64,000 nt of DNA from an uncultured Chloroflexia bacterium. Lineage in GTDB: Bacteria; Chloroflexota; Limnocylindria; Limnocylindrales; CSP1-4. This document shows positions 55,650 through 64,000 of this stretch, piece after piece. The notes beneath the pieces are model-generated. The model saw only the letters and a program-made list of their open reading frames with translations, had not been told where the DNA came from and ran no database searches. How positions within the stretch are numbered: the first letter of the stretch is position 1; the number at the start of each line of letters is the position of its first letter. The position numbers and the translations under genes were made by a program. The stretch spans positions 88,920 to 152,919 of the forward strand of contig CAWFND010000001.1 of the NCBI GenBank assembly GCA_963817095.1. The letters are read 5' to 3'.

Positions 55650-56276
55650 CGACCCCGCTCGGCACGATCGACGTCCGCGACCGCGCCGACCGGCGTGTGA
55701 CCGTCGTCCCGAACGACCCGCGAGACGGACGTGACCGTCACGATCGACCTCGACGGCAGTCGGGCGACGCCGACATCGCGACCGGGCGTCGGGTTCTACG
55801 ACCACCTGCTCGGGCTCGTTCGCCCACCACGGCCTGTTCGACCTGACGATCCGGGCGCGTCGGCGACCTCCACGTCGACGACCACCACACGGTCGAGGAC
55901 GTCGCGCTCGTGCTCGGCTCGGCGGTGGCCGAGGCGCTCGGCGACCGAGCCGGGATCGAGCGGTTCGGCGACGCGAGCGTGCCGATGGACGAGTCCCTCG
56001 CGACGGCGATCGTCGACGTCGGCGGTCGCCCGTATGCCGTCGATCGACCTGCCGTTCCGCGGAGAGCGGGCCGGCGAGCTCACGCTCCAGCTCGTCGAGC
56101 ATGCCCTGGAGGCCTTCGCCCGCACGTCCGGCGCCACGCTCCACGTGCGTGGAACCGGGCGGAACGACCACCACCTGGCCGAGGCCGCGTTCAAGGCGCT
56201 CGGCCGCGCGCTTCGCGCCGCCGTCGCCCCGGACCCGCGTCGCCGGGGAGTGGCGTCCACGAAGGGCTCGACGTGA
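55646..56276 (+). CDS. hisB: Imidazoleglycerol-phosphate dehydratase
   Basis: [27 protein letters not shown]. Confidence 0.93.
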
Positions 56277-56963
56277 GCGCCGCGGCCGCGCCCGCTCGTC
56301 GCGTCGTCGACTACGGCGCCGGCAACCTCGTGAGCATCGACCAGGCGCTCGGTCAGCGTCGGCGCCGACGTCGTCGTCGCGCGCGACCCGGAGGCGATCC
56401 GCGGCGCGGACCTGCTCGTCGTCCCGGGTGTCGGGGCGGCGGGCCCCGCGATGGACCGCCTGGAGCGACGCGGGCTCGCGACCGCGATCCGCGACTGGAT
56501 CGGGGCCGGGCGGCCGTACCTCGGGATCTGCCTCGGGCTCCAGCTCCTGTTCGAGGGCAGCGACGAGGACGGCGCGACGACCCTCGGCGTCCTCGCCGGT
56601 CGCACCTCGCTGACTCGCGACGCGCCGACGCTCCCCCACATCGGCTGGAACCAGGTCGAGCGCACCCGCGACCACCCGCTCTTCGCGGGCATCCGCGGAG
56701 GGCGCGGACTTCTACTTCGTCCACTCGTACGCCGGCGTCGCCGGCCGGACCGGACGCGGACGACGTGATCCTCGCTCGACGACCCACGGAGCGCTCGTTC
56801 GTCAGCGCGGTCGCGCGCGGACCAACGTGCTCGGCGTCCAGTTCCACCCCGAGCGGAGCGGGCGGACGGCCTGCGGCTGCTCGCCAACGCCGTCGGGCTG
56901 CTGCGGGACGGGCGCTGGCCCGGCGCGGATCCCCCGCCGCGTCGCCGCCGCGGAGCCGGCTGA
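56273..56963 (+). CDS. hisH: IGP synthase glutaminase subunit
   Basis: DYGAGNL, PGVG, GICLGLQ, PHIGWN, QFHPE. Confidence 0.93.
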
Positions 56964-57770
56964 TGCTCCGCCGCCGCGTCATCCCCTGCCTCGACGTCGC
57001 GAACGGCCGCGTCGTGAAGGGCACCCGGTTCGTCGACCTCGTCGACGAGGGCGATCCGCCCGAGCTCGCCGAGCGCTACGCGGCCGGAGGGCGCCGACGA
57101 GCTGGTCTTCCTCGACATCACCGCGGCGCCGGAGGGCCGCGGCACGCTCCTGGACATCGTCGAGCGGACGGCGCGACGGGCGTTCATCCCGCTCACCGTC
57201 GGCGGCGGCGTCCGGAGCGTCCGCGACATGCGCGAGGTCCTCCGGGCGGGCGCGGACAAGGTCTCGCTGAACACGGCCGCGGTCGCCGACCCCACGCTCG
57301 TCTCCCGCTGCGCCGCCCGCTTCGGCCGGCAGGCCGTCGTCGTCGCGATCGACGCCCGCCGCCGCGCGACCGGCCGAGCCGCGGCGACGCCGATGCCGCG
57401 CCGGCGTGGGAGGTCGTCGTCAAGGGCGGCCGCGAGTCGACGGGTCTCGACGCGATCGCCTGGGCCGAGCGGGTCGTCGACCTCGGCGCCGGCGAGCTCC
57501 TCGTCACCTCGATCGATCGCGACGGCACCCGCTCCGGCTTCGACACCGCGCTCCTGCGGGCGATCACGGACCGCGTCCGCGTGCCGGTCATCGCGTCCGG
57601 TGGCGCGGCCGGCCCCGACGGACTTCGTCGCCGCGATCCGCGACGGCGGCGCCGACGCCGTGCTCGCCGCCTCGATCTTCCATCGGCGGCTCCACTCGAT
57701 CGCCGAGGTCAAGCGGGCGATGGCCGCCGCCGGCCTGCCGGTCCGGCTCGTCGAGGAGGCCGCGGCATGA
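56963..57770 (+). CDS. hisF: IGP synthase cyclase subunit
   Basis: [30 protein letters not shown]. Confidence 0.95.
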
Positions 57771-58462
57771 CGCAGGGTGCCGACGACCCAGCCGCACCGG
57801 AGCCGCTGCTGGGGCCCGAACGGCCTCGCCCCCGCGATCGTCCAGGACGTCGCCGACGGCCGGGTCCTGATGCTCGCCTGGATGGACGAGGAGGCCTGGC
57901 GGGTCACCCGCGAGACCGGCGTCGTCCATTTCCACTCGCGGACGCGCGACCGGCTGTGGCGGAAGGGCGAGTCGTCCGGCCACGAGCTCGTCGTCCGCGA
58001 CGTCGTCCTCGACTGCGACGCCGACGCGATCCTCGTCGCCGTCGGATCCGGTCGGGCCGACCTGCCATCGGAACACCCGGAGCTGCTTCGATCCGCGACG
58101 CGCGTCGCCCCGCGCCGGAGCCCACCGACCCAGGGCTTCGGCTGGCTGCGAGGGACTGCTGGGACGACGATCGCCTCCCGCGCGGCCGAGCGGCCCGGAC
58201 GGCTCCTACACGACGAGCCTGCTCGACGGCGGCGTGGACGCGGTCGGGCGGAAGGTCACCGAGGAGGCGACCGAGGTCCTGATCGCGGCCAAGGACGACG
58301 CGACGGCCGAAGCTCGGCGGCACGCGATCGCGACGCCACCCGCGACGCCCTCGCCGGCGAGACCGCCGACCTCCTCTACCACGCCCTCGTGCTGCTCGCC
58401 GAGCGGGGCGTCGCGCCCGGCCGACGGTGATCGACGTCCTCCGCGGCCGCCACGCGGGCTGA
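57767..58462 (+). CDS. hisIE: Bifunctional HisI/HisE
   Basis: [34 protein letters not shown]. Confidence 0.92.
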
Positions 58463-59840
58463 TCAGCGCGGCCGGTCGTCCGCCCGACCGCCAGACTGCC
58501 GCTTCCGCGTCCCGACGGCGACGCCGATCCAGCCGTCGATCGATCGCCTCGGATCGGCGCCGTCGGCCTCGCGTCACGCGCGTCGCCGTTGACGGTCAGC
58601 CCCCCTGGACGCGATCAGCGCGCCGGGCCTCGCCCGTCGATCGCGAACAGGCCGGCGTCGGCGAGCGCGATGGCCGGTCGCCGGCGGCGAGCAGCGATCG
58701 GTGTCCGTGACATGGCGACCGCCGGACCGCCTCGTGGAGCGCCGCGATACAGCGCCGGGTCGACGGCCGCCGCGCGCCCGAACAGGACCTCCGACATCGC
58801 TCGATCGCTCGGCGTGCGTCCGCGCCTCCGCGCCGTGGGTCCGCTCGGTGATGTCCGCGGGCGAGCGCGCGCTGTGCCGCCCGTGCTTCCGGCGCGCGCC
58901 GCCATCTCCGCCTCGAGCGCCTCGATCTCCTCGCGACCGAGCAGCGTGAACCACCGCAGGTACGTGCCGGCGTCGCGGTCGTCCGTGTTCAGCCAGTACT
59001 GGTAGAACGCGTACGGCGACGTCCGCTCGGCATCCAGCCAGACCGACGTCCCGCCCTCGGTCTTGCCGAACTTCGCGCCCGACGGCGACAGCAGCAGCTT
59101 GTAGGCGAGCCCGTGGGCCGGCTCGTCGGCGCCGCGATCGGCCTCGTCGTCGGCGAGGCCGGCCCGGCGCCGGATCAGCTCGAGCCCCGCGGTGATGTTG
59201 CCCCACTGGTCCGCGCCGCCCATCTGGAGGTCGACGCCCATCGTCCGGTGGAGGTGCTCGTAGTCGGTCGCCTGGATCAGCATGTAGCTGAACTCGGTGA
59301 ACGACAGGCCGCGGTCCATCCGCGTCGTCACCGAGTCCTTCGCGAGCATGTACGGGATCGTGAAGTGCTTGCCGACGTCGCGGAGCCAGTCGATCAGGCC
59401 GATCTCGGCCGAGCCAGTCGAGGTTGTTGACGAGGACGCGCGCCGCGATCGCCCGCGGCGGGACTGAAGTCGAGGAACCGCTCCAGCTGGCGCGCGGATC
59501 CCGGCGACGTTCGCCGCCAGCGTCTCGCGGTCGAGGAGGTTCCGCTCGTCGGATCGACCCGACGGATCGCCGATCATCCCCGTCCCGCCGCCGAGCAGCG
59601 CCACCGGCCGGCCGCCGTGCCGCTGGAACTGGAGCAGCCCGAAGATCGGGACGAGGTGGCCGACGTGGAGCGACGGGGCGGTCGGGTCGAAGCCGTTGTA
59701 GCCGGCGATCGGCCGACCGCTCGCCAGCCGCGCCGGCAGCCCGGGCGTCGATGCCGTGGAGCATCCCCCGCCAGGTCGAGCTCGTCGAGGAGCGTCGCGA
59801 GCGTCGGAACCGTCGCCGCCGAGCCGCCGGCGGGCGTCAC
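58463..59840 (-). CDS. tyrS: Tyrosine--tRNA ligase, frameshifted (ends approximate)
   Basis: GFDPTAPSLHVGH, IGDPSG, GGADQWGN, KFGKT. Confidence 0.95.
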
Positions 59841-59917
59841 AGGACCCGCGGCCGAGCCGTCTCGACCGTCCGGACAGGGGGGACCACCACGACCCCTATG
59901 CTATCGTGCGGCCCGAC

Positions 59918-62644
59918 ATGCAGACCAGCCTCGCGCGGCGTCAGCGCCATCGGCGCGGCGTCGGACGCGGACGGCCTCGTGGCTCGTCGAACGCTTCGAC
60001 GAGTCCTCATCGCGATCCCCATCCTGCTCCTGGCCGTCTTCCTGCTGATCGGCCTGGCGGGGATGGTCGCGGCCGCCGCCGCCTACAACTACTACAGCCA
60101 GGGCCTGCCCGACCCCAAGCACACCCTGAGCGAGCTCAGCTTCGACCAGCAGACGACGATCACGGACCGGACCGGCAAGACGTAGCTGGCCAAGCTCGGC
60201 GAGTTCAAGCGCGAGCTCGTCACCTACGACGAGCTGCCGCCGGAGCTGCTCGACGCGACGACCGCGATCGAGGACAAGGACTTCTGGTCGAACCCGGGCT
60301 TCGACCTCGCCGGCTTCGTCTCGGCGACCATCGACACGCTCGAGGGCCGGCCCCGCGGCGGATCGACGATCACCCAGCAGCTCGTCCGGGCCCGCCTCCT
60401 GCCGGCCGAGGCGTTCAACGGCAGCCGCGAGGAGCGGAAGATCCGCGAGATCATCCAGTCGCTCCGCCTCACCCAGGCCTACCCGGGCGAGGAGGGCAAG
60501 CAGGAGATCATCACCGCCTACCTCAACCAGAACTTCTACGGCAACCAGAGCTACGGGGTGAAGGCGGCCGCCCACACCTACTTCAACAAGAACCTCAAGG
60601 ACCTGACGCTCGCCCAGGAGGCCGTCCTCGCGGCGATCCCCCAGTCGCCGACCGCCTACGACCTCGTCCGCAACGCCGAGGAGGTCTGCGCGACGCCGAA
60701 CGTCGAGCCCGGACGACTGCGATCCGAAGAAGCTCAGCCTCGTCGTCCCGAACACGACCCGAGATCTACAAGCGGCGCAACTACGTCCTCGACCTGATGA
60801 AGTCGCGCAGCCCGCTGTCCGGCTCGCAGCACACGACCGACGAGTACGAGGCAGGCCAAGACCGAGCCGATCGTCCTCGCGCCGCAGCTCGGCAACCACT
60901 GGCGGGCCCCGCAGTTCGTCCTCCAGGTCCGCCAGGAGCTCGGCGACGATCCTCTGCCCGGACGTCGCGGTCGACCAGTGCGACAAGATCGACACGGGCG
61001 GCTACCACGGTCACGACGACGCTCGACACGAAGATGCAGGCGACGGTCGAGAAGTGGCTGTACGCCGCCGCCTGGGCGCCCGAACCACGCCGACACCCGG
61101 ACGACCCTGAAGAACCTGAAGATCCCGAGCAAGGACTGGAGCTGGATCCAGAACCTGAAGGGCAAGAACCTCCACAACGCCGCGTCGGCGGTCATGGACT
61201 ACCGGACCGGCCAGGTCCTCGCCTACGCCGGATCGGCGAGCTTCAACGCCCGGGCGACGAGGCGGTTCCAGCCCCAGTTCGACGTCCTCTCGGACGGCTG
61301 GCGCCAGCCCGGCTCGTCGATCAAGCCGATCAACTACGCGATCGGCATCGAGGACGGGACGATGACCGCGGCGACGCTGTTCATGGACGTCACGACGAAC
61401 TTCGGCGGCAACTTCATCCCGACCCAGGCCGACAAGGCCGAGCGCGGCCCCGTCCGTCTCCGCGAGGCCCTCCAGTTCTCGCTGAACATCCCCTCGATCA
61501 AGGCGGGGCTGATGAACGGCCTGAAGCACTTCTACGACCGCTCGAAGGACTTCGGCGTCCACTACGTGCCCGGGCTCGGTGCCGGTCACGTCGATGTGCG
61601 ATCGGCACGCTCGAGGTCCACCCGATCGACATGATCGGCGCCTACGGGGCGATCGCCGACGGCGGCAAGCTGATGCCGCGGACGACGATCCTCAAGGTCG
61701 TCGACTCCAGATGGGAAGGTCGTCTGGCCGGATCCCGCCGCCAAGCCGGCCAAGGGCAAGGCCGTGATCAGCCCCCAGACCGCCTACATCATGACGGACA
61801 TCCTCGCGGGCAACACCGAGCCCGAAGACGAACCCGTTCTGGGGCGAGTGGGTCGATCACCGACGGCGGCGGCGCCGGCGACCGGCCGCCTACAAGACGG
61901 GCACGACGAGCGACAACCGCGACGTCCACGCCTACGGCTTCGTCGCTCCGCCCAAGGACCCGAAGGCACCGGCGATCGTCGTCGGCGTCTGGATGGGCAA
62001 CAGCGACAACTCGCCCGGACACGGACACCCTCTCGCTCGGCTCGTCGGCGCCGCTCTGGTCGCGGATCACTCACCGAGGTCACGAAGGGCACGCCGATCG
62101 CGACCTTCCGCCAGCCGAAGGGCCTCTCGACCGCGATCGGTCGACGCGTTCACCGGCTACAAGCCCGGGTCCGTTCACCACGAAGACGATCAAGGAGCTG
62201 TTCGTCGCCGGCACGGAGCCGACCCAGACCGACGACTTCCATCGGTCGGTCACGATCGACTCGGCGAGCGGCAAGCTCTGGCAGGACGGCTGCGTCGGGC
62301 CGAAGAAGACGGTCGGCGCGCTCGACTACAGCCAGATCGATGCGGGCCGCGCCAACTGGCAGCGCGCGGACAACAACTGGATGTAGCGGGCAGCCCGCGG
62401 GTCGGGCCGGGGCGGCGGGGCGAAGGGCACCCACACCTCGTACTTCTACGGCACGGGGTTCTTCCCGTTCGGCAAGAGCTGGGGCGGGATCTTCGCCCCG
62501 ACCGCCCTCTGCCCGCTCGCGCCGCCGCCGGTGCAGCCGCCGCCGTGCGACAACCCGTTCGGGCTGTTCTGCCCGCCGCCGGACCCGGGCAACCCGCCGC
62601 CGAGCCCGCCGCCCGGCCAGCCGCCGAAGAGCCCGAAGCCCTGA
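59918..62644 (+). CDS. Class A penicillin-binding protein, frameshifted
   Basis: [21 protein letters not shown]; [16 protein letters not shown]; Pro-rich tail. Confidence 0.92.
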
Positions 62645-62692
62645 TGGCCGTCCCGCTCGGCGGGTGAACCGCGCGGGTCGATCGCCGCGACG

Positions 62693-64000
62693 TCAGAGCT
62701 TGATGATCGTCGCCCCGTCGCCGCCCTCGCCGCGCTCGCCGGGCCGGGTCGAGGCACGAGCGGGTGGCCGCCCGCCCGGTCCCGCACGGCGTCGCGGAGC
62801 GCCCCCGTGCCGAGGCCGTGGATGATCACGACCTGGTCGAGGCCGGCCAGCGCCGCGTCGTCGAGGTAGCGGTCGAGGGCCGCAAGCGCCTCGTCCACCC
62901 GCGCCCCGCGGAGGTCGAGCGACGAGGCGACCGAGCGCGCCCGGTCCAGCTGGAGGGACGCGATCCCGCTGCTGCGGTCCGGCCGGTCGTCGGGGCGAGG
63001 ACCGCGTGATCCGGGCGTTCCGGCCGATCGTCCGGTCCTCGTCGACGGGCGGCGCCGGCGACGCGACCGGGTCCAGGTCGTCGGTCGTCGACGCTGATCC
63101 GCATCCCGCCGGACTCGAGCGTCGCCCGCTTGCCGCCCTTCTCGAGGGCCGCGATCCGGCCCTCCCAGCCGCCGCGTCCGGCTCCGGGCCCGCTCGCCGA
63201 GCTGCCAGAGGTGCTCCACCGGCGGCGCCGGGACGTCGACCGCCGTGCCGGCGTCGCCGTCGGCGACTCGCGCCGGGCAGGCGCGCCAGCTGGGCCTCCG
63301 CCCGGGCCACCGCCGCGTCGAGGGACGGCGCCGTGACGGTCTCCCGCTCGAGCGCGCTGGCGCGTCGCCCGGACCTCGTCCCGGATCGTGTCGACGAGCC
63401 GCTCCGCCTCGACCCGGGCCGCGCGGACCGCTTCGTCCCGCTCGCGGCGCGCGCGGCGGCGTTCCTCGTCGGCCGTCCGCAGGGCGTCGGCCGCGCGCGC
63501 CTCGGCGGCCCGGGCCCGCTCGAGCGCCTCGCTGGTCTCGCCCTCCGTCTCGCGGATCCGGGCGAGCGTCTCCTCGAACGCCCGCTGGTTCTCGGACAGC
63601 CGCGAGCGTGCGTCGGCGACGATCTCCGGCGTCGAGGCCCAGCCGCTCGGCGATCGCGAACGCCTGGCTGCCGCCCGGCAGCCCGATCGTCAGCCGGTAT
63701 GTCGGCGACAGCGTCTCGAGGTCGAACTCGACCGACGCGTTCCGGGCCCCGTCGGTCGTGTGGGCGTACGCCTTCAGCTCGGCGTAGTGGGTCGTCGCCG
63801 CGACGAGCGCTCCGGCCCGGATGAAGTGGTCGAGGAGCGCCTGGGCGAGCGCCGAGCCCTCGGTCGGGTCCGTCCCGGCCCCGAGCTCGTCGAGCAGCAC
63901 GAGCGTCCCGCGGCCCGCCGACTCGACGATCCGGGTGATCGAGCGGAGGTGGCCGGAGAACGTCGAGAGGCTCTGCGCGATCGACTGCTCGTCGCCGATG
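62693..64000 (-). CDS. mutS2: MutS2 (C-terminal part with Smr domain; runs off the right edge)
   Basis: [33 protein letters not shown]. Confidence 0.95.
   Translation of the reverse strand, partial: HRRRAVDRAEPLDVLRPPPLDHPDRRVGGPRDARAARRARGRDGPDRGLGARPGAPRPLHPGRSARRGDDPLRRAEGVRPHDRRGPERVGRVRPRDAVADIPADDRAAGRQPGVRDRRAAGPRRRRSSPTHARGCPRTSGRSRRRSPGSARRRARPARRSSGPGPPRRARPTPCGRPTRNAAARAASGTKRSARPGSRRSGSSTRSGTRSGRRASALERETVTAPSLDAAVARAEAQLARLPGASRRRRRRHGGRRPGAAGGAPLAARRAGPEPDAAAGRAGSRPSRRAASGRRSSPAGCGSASTTDDLDPVASPAPPVDEDRTIGRNARITRSSPRRPAGPQQRDRVPPAGPGALGRLVARPPRGAGGRGACGPRPLPRRRGAGRPRPGRDHPRPRHGGAPRRRAGPGGRPPARASTRPGERGEGGDGATIIKL

Noticed and set aside
60183-62386. Two in-frame TAG codons in the PBP gene (60183, 62384) as stop-codon recoding
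   Set aside because: TAG is a true stop elsewhere (e.g. recA, ruvA), and the region is error-rich; these are probably base-call errors.
62520-62644. CCG-rich repeat tract
   Set aside because: It encodes the Pro-rich tail of the PBP and is not an independent repeat element.

Overview
GC-rich bacterial chromosome segment. Gene content and order suggest Chloroflexota, possibly Limnocylindria (inference). Single-base indels split many genes and become denser toward the right end, including in essential genes (recA, tyrS, his operon), so they look like long-read consensus errors rather than pseudogenes. The left part (~1-28 kb) is an accessory patchwork: two-component system plus ABC exporter, oxidoreductases, VOC/DHFR-like/LLM proteins, asnA and vapBC. 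The right part (~29-64 kb) is core: hflX, miaA, miaB, ymdB, rny, recX, recA, tgt, ruvABC, yebC, an EF-G paralog, the his operon with a TrpR-like regulator, tyrS, a class A PBP and mutS2. Features not explained by the ORFs: (1) two diverged copies of an ~190-bp unit flanking a racemase-like gene, each made of three equally spaced DnaA-type boxes, a -10 box and an ~84-nt hairpin with a CUUG tetraloop, which is a candidate new small-RNA family; (2) a 28-bp XerCD dif site at 23983-24010, flanked by a GmrSD/DUF1524 remnant and vapBC; (3) an orphan gene fusing two contractile-injection-system modules; (4) pervasive leaderless promoters.
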